Below, piece after piece: positions 50,743-60,767 of a stretch of 64,000 bases of DNA; position 1 is the first letter of the stretch; each line of letters starts with the position of its first letter. Made by a program: the position numbers and the translations under genes. Origin of the DNA: Thermodesulfobacteriota bacterium (GTDB lineage Bacteria; Desulfobacterota; Desulfarculia; Adiutricales; JAGVGV01). The notes under the pieces were generated by a model. The model was not told where the DNA came from and made no database searches. It was given only the letters and a program-made list of their open reading frames with translations. The DNA is taken from positions 135,016-199,015 of the forward strand of contig JBFMAW010000008.1 in the NCBI GenBank assembly GCA_040755515.1, in the 5' to 3' direction.

Positions 50743-50956
50743 GGACCTCTCCCGGCGGGCCGAGGGAAACCGTTCCATTTCCCGGCCGCGAAAGGCCCGC
50801 CTGCCACGACCGACGCCCCGGTTCAAGTTCCATCAATTACCTCAATTATTGACAGACCCAAAATTTAATGGCATGTTAATATTTATGGTCGGGGGAGAGC
50901 CACTGAAAAGTGCGTTTTTAAACATTCGCGTCAAAAAATGACGGATTAAAACCGAT

Positions 50957-52804
50957 ATGCCCGTTCTTTTTGCCTTCAGAGAAGACCGGTTCGGATTTCG
51001 TTACGAAATCGGGGAGAGCGTCGTCCTGGGTCGTTCGCCGGAATGCGACCTTATTCTTTTCGATCGAGGCACCTCCCGGCAGCACGCCGAAATATACAAA
51101 TCGGACAACGGGTACATCCTCAAAGACCTCGGCAGTACCAACGGCACCCTGCACAACAGCGTCAGGCTGGTGGGCGAGGCGCCTTTAAAGCGCAATGACG
51201 AGATCAAGGTCGGCCAGGAGATTTTTCTTTTCGATCCGGACCTGGACGTGGCCGTAGGTCGCGAAGGCGCGGTGCTGTTGGTGGGAGACGTGGAGCCCAA
51301 TCCGTCCGGCGTCCTGGTGGGCGCGACGGAGACGGACCTCAACGCCCTGGATCGAGGCAGCCTGGCGCCGCTCTATCAGGTGGCCACGGCCCTAGCCAGC
51401 CGGCCGCAGAAAGGTCGTGTCTTGAGGCAGGCCGCCTATGCCCTGACCAGGATATTCCAGGCTTCGGCCCTGGCCTTGCTCTGGCCGGAAAGCGCCGAAT
51501 CCCCGCGCCTCTCGGCCCTGCTTTCCCGCCCCGAGGGCCGCCGCCTGGCTATCCCTCGTCCCATGGCGGAACTGGTGCTCAAGGAGAACCGAGCCGTTAT
51601 CTGGCCGCGTAGCGTGACCCAGTTGGATTTTGTCAACGGCAGGAGGTTTATCAAGGAAGCTGATTTGATGTCCATGGCCGTCCCCCTGAAAGCCCAGGGT
51701 CAATACCCCGGCTTGCTGTACGTGGAGGCCGGGGACCGATTCTATTCGGCCAAGGACCTCAACTTTCTGACCGCCCTGGGCGGGCTGATAGGCTCGGCCC
51801 TGGTCAACGCCGCCTTGGTTCAGCAGTTGGAAAACAGGCTCATCCGGGAGGAGGAAGATGTAAACGCCGGCGGAGACTTCATCGGCGACGACCATCAGAC
51901 CAAGGCTTTGCTGGCCACGGCCAACCAAGTCGGCCAGACTGGCGCCCGTATATTGTTAACCGGTGAGGTGGGCACTGGTAAGGAAGTCCTGGCCCGGCGT
52001 ATTCATTCCCAGAGCCATCGCCGGCGCGGACCTTTCATTTCGGTGAATTGTTCGGCCATTGTTTCCGGCCAGTTGGAAAGCACGCTCTTCGGCCAGGAAG
52101 CCGGCGCCATGTCCGAGGACGGCACGCCGGGCGCCCTGGAAAAGGCGGACGGCGGCACCATCTTCATCCGACATGTGGATCACTTGTCCCTCTCCGGCCA
52201 GGCCGAACTGCTGCGGACCATGGAGGAAGGCCTGGTTTACCGGGTCGGTTCCTCCAAACCCAGGCCCAGTAATTTCCGGATCATATCCTCCAGCACGGCC
52301 GATCTGGCCGAGATGGTCAAACAAGGCGAGTTCAGGGAAGACCTTTTTCAGCGCTTGTCCGAAGTCACCCTGACCATGCCGCCCCTCCGGGAAGTGAAGG
52401 GCGACATAATAACCCTGGCCAGGTACTTCCTGAGCCGGGCCGCCAAGGAAAAGGGGCTGCCGGTGCCGGACCTGGACCCGGCGGCGGCCTTGAGCCTCCA
52501 GTCCTATTTCTGGCCCGGCAACGTGGGAGAACTGAAGAACGTGGCCGATCACCTGGTCATGTTCGCCCGCGGCGACCGGATATTGCTGGATGATCTCCCG
52601 CCCGAGCTGCGTTATGCCTCCCAGGCTTTTCTGTCACCCGACGGCGAACCTGAAGCCGGCGCCATCGCCGAAGTGGAGAAGCTGTACATCCGCCGCGCCC
52701 TGGCCAGGACCAAAGGCCAAGAGGCTCAGGCCGCGCAGATACTGGGTCTGAGTGAGGGGACCCTGGAAAGCCTGATCAGGAGCTACGGTCTGTCCGAGGT
52801 CTGA
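50957..52804 (+). CDS. FHA-GAF-AAA+ sigma54-activator-like protein with degenerate GAFTGA and Walker B
   Basis: FHA (GR...SRQHA...DLGSTNGT), GAF, GEVGTGKE, GAMSEDG, IFIRHVD, WPGNV, HTH. Confidence 0.88.
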   Translation: MPVLFAFREDRFGFRYEIGESVVLGRSPECDLILFDRGTSRQHAEIYKSDNGYILKDLGSTNGTLHNSVRLVGEAPLKRNDEIKVGQEIFLFDPDLDVAVGREGAVLLVGDVEPNPSGVLVGATETDLNALDRGSLAPLYQVATALASRPQKGRVLRQAAYALTRIFQASALALLWPESAESPRLSALLSRPEGRRLAIPRPMAELVLKENRAVIWPRSVTQLDFVNGRRFIKEADLMSMAVPLKAQGQYPGLLYVEAGDRFYSAKDLNFLTALGGLIGSALVNAALVQQLENRLIREEEDVNAGGDFIGDDHQTKALLATANQVGQTGARILLTGEVGTGKEVLARRIHSQSHRRRGPFISVNCSAIVSGQLESTLFGQEAGAMSEDGTPGALEKADGGTIFIRHVDHLSLSGQAELLRTMEEGLVYRVGSSKPRPSNFRIISSSTADLAEMVKQGEFREDLFQRLSEVTLTMPPLREVKGDIITLARYFLSRAAKEKGLPVPDLDPAAALSLQSYFWPGNVGELKNVADHLVMFARGDRILLDDLPPELRYASQAFLSPDGEPEAGAIAEVEKLYIRRALARTKGQEAQAAQILGLSEGTLESLIRSYGLSEV

Positions 52805-52859
52805 CGCCCCGCGGGGACGGCCGGGCCTAAACCATCAGGAGAAACGAGGTTAGATTCGG

Positions 52860-53723
52860 TTGGAGGATGCGCCTCGACACGGTTTACGGCGCAGGGTTAA
52901 AGCCTTTTTCCGGCGCCTGACCGAAAACCATTCGGCTGAGAGCCTCGAAGAGGAGATAAAGGACCTCATAGATCACGGGGCCGAACAGGGCAAGATCACC
53001 CCCGGCGAGGGGGAGATGATCCACAGCATTTTCGAACTGGGGGAGACGCTGGCCCGGGAAATAATGGTGCCGCGTATCTCCATGGCGACCGTGCCGGTGG
53101 ACGCATCCTTGGGTCAGGTCATTGACGCGATCATCAAGAAAGGCCACACTCGCCTGCCGGTTTACAAAGGCGACATTGACCACATCGAGGGGCTTCTTCT
53201 GGCCAAGGACTTGCTGGCGTACTGGGGGCTTTCCGCCGAGGAGCCTTTGCCCCGGAATATCATCCGGCCGCCCATCTTCGTGCCCGAGACAAAAAAGATA
53301 GTCGACCTTCTGGCCGAATTAAAGGCCAAGAAGAGCCACATGGCCATCATTCTGGACGAATACGGCGGCACGGCCGGCCTGGTCACCCTCGAGGACATCA
53401 TCGAGGAGATAGTCGGCGACATCCACGATGAGTATGACACCGTCCAGGAACCCATCAAACGCCTGGACCAAAACACCATCCTGGTGGACGCCAGGCTGGG
53501 TATTTGGGACCTGGCGGATTACCTGGCGGTCGATTTCCCCGAAGGCGATTATGAAACCGTGGGCGGTTTCATCACCGACCTGACGGGCCGCGTTCCGGCC
53601 GAAAACGAAACCTTGCAATACCAGAACCTGTTGTTGACCATCAAGTCGGCCGATGAGCGTAAAATCGACCTGATCGAGATCAAGTCTCAACCGGCCGCCG
53701 GTTCCCCCTCCGACGACGCCTGA
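52860..53723 (+). CDS. corC: CorC/HlyC CBS-domain Mg/Co transport-associated protein
   Basis: EIMVPR, HTRLPV and DEYGGTAGLVTLEDIIEEIVGDI motifs; upstream of lnt. Confidence 0.88.
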   Translation: MEDAPRHGLRRRVKAFFRRLTENHSAESLEEEIKDLIDHGAEQGKITPGEGEMIHSIFELGETLAREIMVPRISMATVPVDASLGQVIDAIIKKGHTRLPVYKGDIDHIEGLLLAKDLLAYWGLSAEEPLPRNIIRPPIFVPETKKIVDLLAELKAKKSHMAIILDEYGGTAGLVTLEDIIEEIVGDIHDEYDTVQEPIKRLDQNTILVDARLGIWDLADYLAVDFPEGDYETVGGFITDLTGRVPAENETLQYQNLLLTIKSADERKIDLIEIKSQPAAGSPSDDA

Positions 53724-53734
53724 ACATACCGACC

Positions 53735-55315
53735 ATGCCTGCCTCCTTTCGTCCTTCGCCTGGCCTGAGTTCCGTCATTCGATGTCTTTTGTCCGGCTTG
53801 TTGCTTTCCCTGGCTTTTCCGACCTTTGACTTATGGCCCCTGGTCTTGGTCGGTTTGTCTTTGCTGGCCCTGGAGTTGCGGGGTCGCGGGCTCAGGGAAG
53901 CCTTCTGGCGCGGTTTCATCGCCGGCGCCGCCCACGCGGGCACGCTGCTGTACTGGCTGGTTTATACCCTGGTGACTTTCGGCCAACTGCCCTGGGTGGT
54001 GGCTCTGCCGACCTTTTGCCTGCTTATCGCTTACCTGGCCTTATACCCCGGTTTGTTCGGCCTGGGACTCGCGCTCCTGGACGAAAAAGGCCTCGGGTTG
54101 GCCCCCGATGGACCGGCCTATTGTCTGCTGGGCGCGGCCCTGTTCACCGGGTTGGAATACTTCAAAGGCTTCTTTTTGACCGGCTTCCCCTGGGAGCCCC
54201 TGGGCGCGGCTTTGCTCAAATCCGACCTCCTCATCCAACTGGCGGACGTGGTGGGGACGGGCGGGCTCACCTTCCTGGTGGTCCTGATCAATCTGTTCCT
54301 GGCCGCGGCCGTTCTTAGGATGAAGGCCGCGGGTTGGGCCGCCGCCTGGAAGCCGGCCGCGGCGGCGGTCCTGATCCTGGCGCTCTTGTCGGCTTACGGC
54401 GGTTTCCGCCTTCGGGAAATCAGGAGCCTGATGAGTCAGTCCCAGACCCGGACCGTGGCCGTGATTCAAGGTTCCATAGACCAGTCCATCAAATGGGACC
54501 CGAACAACCGGGTGAACACCCTCCTGACCTACAAGGACCTGACCCTCAGAGCCTCGGCCGCCAATCCCTGGCTCAACATCTGGCCCGAAACCGCGGCGCC
54601 TTTTTATTTCCAACGCGACCCGGCGGCCTCGGACTGGCTCATTGACCTGACCAGGAAATCCGGAGCGGCCTTGCTTTTCGGCGCGCCGGCCTTCGAGGAG
54701 AGTGAAGCAAAGAGACGCTATTATAACCGGGCCTATCTGCTGGACAACCAGGGCCAAGTCCTGGGCCATTATGACAAGACCCACCTGGTGCCCTATGGCG
54801 AGTATGTGCCTTTGCAGAAATATTTCCCATTTATTCAAAAAATTACGCAAGCCACCGGCGACTTCTATCCCGGTCCGGCCGGAAAAGTGCTAAAATTAAA
54901 TGATAGGAACTTGGGCGTCCTGATTTGTTACGAGTCCATTTTTCCTGAACTGGCCCGGCGGAGCGTTTACGGCGGCGCGGACTACCTGGTGGTCATAACC
55001 AATGACGCCTGGTTCGGAAGCACTTCGGCGCCTTATCAGCATTACGATCAGGCCGCGGTGAGGGCCATCGAGAACAGGCGGGCGGTGTTAAGGGCCGCCA
55101 ACACGGGCGTCAGCGGTCTGATCCTGCCCACGGGCCGGAGCGAGTCGAGCTTAGGGCTTTTTGTGCCGGGCTTCCTGACCGGACGGGCGCCGAGATTGAC
55201 CGTCAACACTATTTACACCGCCGTCGGCGACCTGGTGCCCCAGGCCTGCCTGGGCGTGACCGTGGCCGTCCTGGCGGCGGCCTTGATAAGGAGAAGATAT
55301 GCTGGACGATCTTAA
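53735..55315 (+). CDS. lnt: Apolipoprotein N-acyltransferase
   Basis: TGFPW, WPETA, YDKTHLVPYGEY, ICYES, TNDAWFG and RAANTGVS motifs. Confidence 0.95.
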   Translation: MPASFRPSPGLSSVIRCLLSGLLLSLAFPTFDLWPLVLVGLSLLALELRGRGLREAFWRGFIAGAAHAGTLLYWLVYTLVTFGQLPWVVALPTFCLLIAYLALYPGLFGLGLALLDEKGLGLAPDGPAYCLLGAALFTGLEYFKGFFLTGFPWEPLGAALLKSDLLIQLADVVGTGGLTFLVVLINLFLAAAVLRMKAAGWAAAWKPAAAAVLILALLSAYGGFRLREIRSLMSQSQTRTVAVIQGSIDQSIKWDPNNRVNTLLTYKDLTLRASAANPWLNIWPETAAPFYFQRDPAASDWLIDLTRKSGAALLFGAPAFEESEAKRRYYNRAYLLDNQGQVLGHYDKTHLVPYGEYVPLQKYFPFIQKITQATGDFYPGPAGKVLKLNDRNLGVLICYESIFPELARRSVYGGADYLVVITNDAWFGSTSAPYQHYDQAAVRAIENRRAVLRAANTGVSGLILPTGRSESSLGLFVPGFLTGRAPRLTVNTIYTAVGDLVPQACLGVTVAVLAAALIRRRYAGRS

Positions 55316-56415
55316 GCCTCAAGTGAAAGCCCTCGAGGAACGTTTTGACGACCTGCGAGGCTATCTTTGACCTGGAAGGCTTGAAAAAACGGATGGCGGA
55401 GCTGGATAAAATCATGGTCCAGCCCGGCTTTTGGGAGGCAGGGCAGAAGGCCCAGGAGTCGTCCAAGGAGAGAAACTCCCTGGCCGACCGGCTGGCCATC
55501 TGGGAATCCCTGACCGGTGAAATGGAGGAAATCGCCATTCTCCTGGACCTGGCCCTGGAGGAGAACGACGAGGAGACCGGCCGGGAAATCCAGTCGCGGA
55601 TCGAGTCCCTGAAAACGCGGGTGGACCAATACGAAATACAGCGCATGCTTTCCGGTCCCCATGACGCCAATAACGCCATCGTGGATATCCACGCCGGCGC
55701 GGGCGGCACCGAGGCTCAGGACTGGGCCCAGATGCTTCTGCGCATGTACCTGCGTTGGGCCGACCTCAACGGTTTCAAGTCCCAGATCGTGGACCTGCTG
55801 GAGGGCGAAGAGGCCGGCATCAAGAGCGTGACCTTCACCATCAACGGCCGGTACGCTTACGGCCTGCTCAAGGCCGAAGTCGGCATCCATCGTCTGGTGC
55901 GCATATCGCCTTTCGACTCGAGCAATCGGCGCCATACCTCTTTCGCCAGTCTTTTCGTCGTGCCTGAGGTGGACGAAGAGATCGTCATCGAGATCAACGA
56001 GAAAGACCTGCGTATTGACACCTATCGTTCCAGCGGCGCCGGTGGACAGCACGTGAACAAGACCAGCAGCGCCGTCCGGATAACTCACCTGCCCACCGGC
56101 ATCGTGGTCCAGAGCCAGGACGAAAGGTCCCAACACCGGAACAAGGACTTGGCCATGAAGGTTCTACGGGCCAGATTGTATCAACTCGAGGAACAGAAGA
56201 AGGCCGAGGAAGCCAAGAAACTCCACGAGAGCAAGAAGGAGATCGCCTGGGGCAGCCAGATACGGTCCTACGTCCTGGCGCCCTACCGTCTGGTCAAAGA
56301 CCATCGCACCGGCGTCGAGGCCACCAACGTGGACGCGGTCCTAGACGGTGGTTTGGGAGAATTCATGCGGTCCTTTCTGCTCCTGCGGGCCAAGACCGCC
56401 GCCTCGGGCGCCTGA
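55299..56415 (+). CDS. prfB: Peptide chain release factor 2, with programmed +1 frameshift
   Basis: ATG at 55299 runs 23 codons to CTT TGA C (55365-55371) with an internal GAGG SD just upstream; the +1 frame has SPF and GGQ motifs. Confidence 0.96.
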
Positions 56416-56482
56416 TCGGTCCGGCTCCGCCGAGAGATGCTTCCGGCCGGACCGGGCCGGAACCCGGAAGAAAGGCGAAGAA

Positions 56483-56779
56483 ATGCCCCGGCCTTCCAGA
56501 CTGAAAAAAATAACCGTCGGCCTTTTAGTCCCGGTAATTGTTCTGATCGCGGTGACCGCGACGGCCCAGGAAAAAAAGGTGACCCTGACCGGCGTCCTCG
56601 AGGATGGAGTGGGCGGTTACGTGCTCAGGGTCAAGGATGACGTTTACCGGTTGGAAGGGGCCAGGATGCCGGATGAACTCCTGGGCCGGACCATCAAGGT
56701 TACCGGCGTGGCCACCAGGGAACCCGACGGTTCGCTCTTCCTGGTGGTGAAGGATTTCCAAAGACCGGGTAACAAATAA
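56483..56779 (+). CDS. Small exported beta-rich (OB-fold-like) protein
   Basis: Signal peptide ending ATA-Q; LTG...GGYVL...YRL.G...G.TIKVTG pattern. Confidence 0.65.
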   Translation: MPRPSRLKKITVGLLVPVIVLIAVTATAQEKKVTLTGVLEDGVGGYVLRVKDDVYRLEGARMPDELLGRTIKVTGVATREPDGSLFLVVKDFQRPGNK

Positions 56780-56824
56780 GGGCTTCCGGCGCCCGGCCGG
56801 CCGGCTCGACCAGGAGACCTAGTT

Positions 56825-58453
56825 TTGGGCAGACTGGCGCCCGCTCTCCTTATAGCTTTCACCCTCGCCGTCTTTCATCCCCTTCTCGAGGCCGATTTCA
56901 TCGCTCTGGATGATCCATTGTATGTGACCCGGAACGAAACCGTGCGGGCCGGTCTGACCGTCGACGGCCTGGGTCGAGCTTTCAGCCGTTTCCACGAATG
57001 CAACTGGCAGCCCCTGACCCTGGCCTCGCATATGTTGGACGTCAATTTGTTCGGCCTGAATCCGGGCGGTCATCACGCCACCAATCTTATTCTACATCTG
57101 GCCAACACGCTCCTGCTGTATCTGTTTTTGACCCGAGCCACCGGCGGCGTCTGGCCAAGCGCTTTGGCCGCCGCATTATTCGCCTGGCATCCGCTTCACG
57201 TGGAGGCCGTGGCCTGGGTGTCGTCCCGCAAGGACGTGCTCAGCACCTTTTTCTGGCTCCTGGCCCTGTTGGCCTACCACGGCTATCAAATCCGGCCGGG
57301 CTATCGGGTTTATCTTCTGGTCATGCTTTTCATGATCTTGGGCCTGCTGGCCAAACCCATGCTGGTTTCCCTGCCTCTGGTGCTGTTACTCCTTGATTAT
57401 TGGCCGGGAGGCCGCCTTGGAGCGGATTATCTTCCCGGTCCGGGTGGAGGAATATCCGGCCGTTCCAGGCGACGATGGCTCCCGCTCCTGGCGGAGAAGG
57501 TTCCGTTGCTGGCGCTTTCGTGCGCCGCCGGCCTGATTGCTTTTCTGGCTCAAAAAGAATGCGGCGCCATGGCCCCGCTGGTGGAATGGGACCTGATCAG
57601 CCGCGCCGTCACCGCTCTTAACGCCTACGCCCTTTATCTGGAGCGGACGTTTTGTCCGCTGGACCTGGCGATATTGTACCCTCTGGCCGAGTCCATTCCG
57701 CCGTCCCGGATTTTGCTGTCCGCTTTATGGCTGGCCGGGGTGAGCGGCCTGATCCTTTGGGCGGCCCGGCGGGCTCCCTACTTGATGGTCGGCTGGCTGT
57801 GGTACGTGATTACCCTGGCGCCGGTGTCCGGCCTGGTGCAGGTGGGCAGTCAAGCCCTGGCCGACCGCTACACCTATATCCCCCTGACCGGCCTGTTCAT
57901 CATGGCGGCCTGGGCCGGCGCCGCGGTCGTCGGACGCTTGAAACTCAAGACCGCCGTCTCCGGCGCCCTGGCGGCCGCGCTCCTGGCGCTCCTCGGTCTG
58001 GTCTCCCTGGCCCAGGTCCAACAGTGGAAGAATTCGGAGACCATATTCAGGCAGGCCCTGGCCGCGACCAGCGGCAACTACCTGGTGCATAACTTCTTGG
58101 GACTTGAATTGATGAGGCTGCGGCGTTGGGCGGAAGCCGCGTTTCATTTTCACGAGGCCGCCCGGATCAATAAAACCTATAGGGAGCCGCGCCTCAACGC
58201 GGGCTTCCTGTTCCTGTCCCGGGGCCGGTATGCCGAGTCGCTCAATTTCTACCGGGAAGCCATGGACTTGAAGGCGGACGACCCCCGGCTGCATAACAAC
58301 ATGGGCGCGGCCCTGGTCGGCCTGGGCCGATACCGGGAAGCCGCGGATCATTTCCAGGAAGCGTTGCGGCTCAACCCTGATTTCGCCGAAGCCCGCCGGA
58401 ACCTGGGGATCATCGAGGATTTATTGAAAAAAGACGGTGTTCAGCCGGATTGA
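56825..58453 (+). CDS. TMTC-like GT-C membrane glycosyltransferase with C-terminal TPRs
   Basis: LDD..YV..N, WQPLT..SH, HPLHVEAVAW..RKD, ADRYTY, TPR repeats. Confidence 0.85.
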   Translation: MGRLAPALLIAFTLAVFHPLLEADFIALDDPLYVTRNETVRAGLTVDGLGRAFSRFHECNWQPLTLASHMLDVNLFGLNPGGHHATNLILHLANTLLLYLFLTRATGGVWPSALAAALFAWHPLHVEAVAWVSSRKDVLSTFFWLLALLAYHGYQIRPGYRVYLLVMLFMILGLLAKPMLVSLPLVLLLLDYWPGGRLGADYLPGPGGGISGRSRRRWLPLLAEKVPLLALSCAAGLIAFLAQKECGAMAPLVEWDLISRAVTALNAYALYLERTFCPLDLAILYPLAESIPPSRILLSALWLAGVSGLILWAARRAPYLMVGWLWYVITLAPVSGLVQVGSQALADRYTYIPLTGLFIMAAWAGAAVVGRLKLKTAVSGALAAALLALLGLVSLAQVQQWKNSETIFRQALAATSGNYLVHNFLGLELMRLRRWAEAAFHFHEAARINKTYREPRLNAGFLFLSRGRYAESLNFYREAMDLKADDPRLHNNMGAALVGLGRYREAADHFQEALRLNPDFAEARRNLGIIEDLLKKDGVQPD

Positions 58454-58470
58454 GCCGGGTCGAAGGGATT

Positions 58471-58782
58471 TCAGAAAGCGGCCGGGGCCGCCGGTCTGTG
58501 CCGCGGGTCCAGACTCAGGCTCTTCTTAGGGCAGATTTCCACGCAGTAAGCGCAGACGATGCAGCGGTAAGGGTCCAGGGTCACGGATTTGGGGTCGCGC
58601 GACACCACGATGGCGTTGGCCGGACACCGCTTTTCGCACAGGGTGCAATAGGAACAGGTCTCGGGGTCCAGAAGGAGATGGCCCCTGGCTCCAGCCATGG
58701 GCTCTCTGACCTTGTAGGGATACGGTCTGGTGACCGGACCGCCGGTCAGGTTGCGCAGTATGGTGCCGATCATGGTGAACAT
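58471..58782 (-). CDS. echF: Ech hydrogenase ferredoxin-like subunit
   Basis: Two CxxCxxCxxxCP motifs; TRPYP; last gene of the ech operon. Confidence 0.9.
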   Translation of the reverse strand: MFTMIGTILRNLTGGPVTRPYPYKVREPMAGARGHLLLDPETCSYCTLCEKRCPANAIVVSRDPKSVTLDPYRCIVCAYCVEICPKKSLSLDPRHRPAAPAAF

Positions 58783-58787
58783 GGGCC

Positions 58788-59867
58788 TTACCTCTCCGTA
58801 CAACTGATGCAGGGATCGATGGAGAGGGTGATGACGGGCACGTCGGCCAATTGGCTCCCCGGCAGCATGGCCAGCAGAGCCGGGATGTTGGCGAAGGTGG
58901 GCGTGCGGACCCGCATCCGCTCCAGGTATTTCTTGCCCCCGCCTTTGAGATAATAGACCACCTCGCCTCGAGGTTGTTCGACCCGCATGACCGTCTCGCC
59001 GCTCGGATTGCCTTTGACCTGGACATTGATCGGGCCGCCGGGGATGTCCTTGACCGCCTGCCGCACCAGGCCCGCCGCTTGGTACAGCTCTCTAACCCTG
59101 ACCATGGCCCGGGCGTAGCAGTCTCCGGCGGTTTCGATCACGGGTTGGAAATCGAGTTCGCCATAAGCCGCGTACCCGGTCTGGCGAAGGTCCAGACCCA
59201 CGCCCGAGGCCCTGACCGTCGGCCCGACCGCACCCCGCTCACGGGCCGTTTCCAGCGATAAAACTCCCACGCCCGCCAGACGCTGCTTGACGCTGAAATC
59301 CTTCATGATCGTGGGGATGAAATCGTCGAACTGTTTTTCCAGGTTTTCCAGGGTGGTCAGAATAAGAACCAACTGTTCGGGGTTGAGGTCTTTTCTGACG
59401 CCCCCGACGCAGCAGGTGCCCAGCAGCACCCGGGCCCCGGTGGTGGCCTCCAGAAGGTCCAGCACCGCTTCCCGGCACCGCCAGATGCGCATGAAGAGGT
59501 TCTCGAAGCCGAAGGAATCGGCCAGTAGCCCCATCCAGAGCAGATGGCTGTGGATGCGATGCAGTTCGCTCCATATCACCCGCAAATAACGCGCCCGCGG
59601 CGGCACGGTCAGCTCCATGATCTCTTCCACGCCCTGACAGTAAGCCGTGGTATGGATGAAGCTGCAAATGCCGCAGATGCGTTCGATGAGGAAGACGGCC
59701 TGGTGGAAATCCTTATGCTCCGCCAGTTTTTCCAGGCCGCGGTGGACGTAGCCCACCACCGGCAAGGCGCTGACCACTTTTTCGTCTTCCAACTCCAGCC
59801 GGAGTTGGATGGGTTCCGGCAGGACCGGATGTTGCGGGCCGAAAGGCAGGACGCTTCTCCTAGTCAT
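58788..59867 (-). CDS. echE: Ech [NiFe] hydrogenase large subunit
   Basis: GPQHP, ERICGICS and C-terminal DPCISCTER. Confidence 0.95.
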   Translation of the reverse strand: MTRRSVLPFGPQHPVLPEPIQLRLELEDEKVVSALPVVGYVHRGLEKLAEHKDFHQAVFLIERICGICSFIHTTAYCQGVEEIMELTVPPRARYLRVIWSELHRIHSHLLWMGLLADSFGFENLFMRIWRCREAVLDLLEATTGARVLLGTCCVGGVRKDLNPEQLVLILTTLENLEKQFDDFIPTIMKDFSVKQRLAGVGVLSLETARERGAVGPTVRASGVGLDLRQTGYAAYGELDFQPVIETAGDCYARAMVRVRELYQAAGLVRQAVKDIPGGPINVQVKGNPSGETVMRVEQPRGEVVYYLKGGGKKYLERMRVRTPTFANIPALLAMLPGSQLADVPVITLSIDPCISCTER

Positions 59868-60258
59868 TGGCCGGGGCTTCCTTTTCCGCCTGTTCCAACG
59901 CGGCGGCGGGTTTGTTCAAGGGCGCCAGGGGCGCGTTTTCCGACAGCAAAAACCTGCCTTCGTAGTCTATGACCAGGCCCGTGACCGGGATGCCGAAAAG
60001 GTCTTTGATTTCGTTTTCGATTATGACCGCGGCCAGATAGATTCTGGAGATGCTGGGGAGTTCCTGGCCTTTGGGTAAAAGCAGTCTCAGGTTGTACAGA
60101 GTGTAGTCCTGGTCGAAGTGGTAGATGAGGTCGTGGGCTTCACCCAAGTCCGTGCAGGAAATGGTCACGAACCTGAATCCCTGGGGGAGTTTGGCCGCGA
60201 CTTCGTTGAGCAGGTTGCTGGTGGTCACTTCCGTGACGTTTTCGATCATGACCGTCAC
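59860..60258 (-). CDS. echD: Ech hydrogenase subunit D (NuoC-like)
   Basis: PSIS.IY.AA.IIENEIKDLFG motif. Confidence 0.9.
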   Translation of the reverse strand: MTVMIENVTEVTTSNLLNEVAAKLPQGFRFVTISCTDLGEAHDLIYHFDQDYTLYNLRLLLPKGQELPSISRIYLAAVIIENEIKDLFGIPVTGLVIDYEGRFLLSENAPLAPLNKPAAALEQAEKEAPAND

Positions 60259-60743
60259 CCTTTGGATTTGGGTTTTTCGGTGGGGAAGAAGGTTATCTTG
60301 GGCTTTTCCGCCGCGGCGGCGGATTGGCCGTCGCTTTTGGCCGACAGTTTCTTAAGGGCGACCACCAGTCCGTCAATGATGGCTTCAGGCCTGGGTGGGC
60401 AGCCGGGTACGAAGACGTCCACCGGCACCACCTTGTCCACGCCACCCAGTACGTTGTAACAGTCGGCGAATATGCCGCCGGTTGAGCTGCATACCCCCAG
60501 GCCCACCACTACTTTCGGCTCCGGAATCTGGTTGTAAATGTTCCTCAGGACTCGGACGTTACGGTGGTTGACCGAACCCGTGACCACCAGGACGTCGGCG
60601 TGTTTGGGATTGCCCACGTGCAGCACTCCAAACCGCTCCAGATCGTACATGGGCGTCAGGCAGGCCACAAATTCGATGTCGCAACCGTTGCAACTGTTGC
60701 AGTTGAAGTGGACCACCCAGGGCGATTTGGCCAGATAACTCAT
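60255..60743 (-). CDS. echC: Ech hydrogenase small subunit (NuoB-like)
   Basis: KSPW, SCNGCDIE, GNPKHAD and PGCPPRPE motifs. Confidence 0.93.
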   Translation of the reverse strand: MSYLAKSPWVVHFNCNSCNGCDIEFVACLTPMYDLERFGVLHVGNPKHADVLVVTGSVNHRNVRVLRNIYNQIPEPKVVVGLGVCSSTGGIFADCYNVLGGVDKVVPVDVFVPGCPPRPEAIIDGLVVALKKLSAKSDGQSAAAAEKPKITFFPTEKPKSKG

Positions 60744-60767
60744 ATTCCTCCCGCCGCTCCCCGGCCT

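Noticed and set aside
50868-50885. TGGCATG as a sigma54 promoter for the FHA-bEBP gene
   Set aside because: No GC at the -12 position; the nearby TTGACA suggests sigma70 instead
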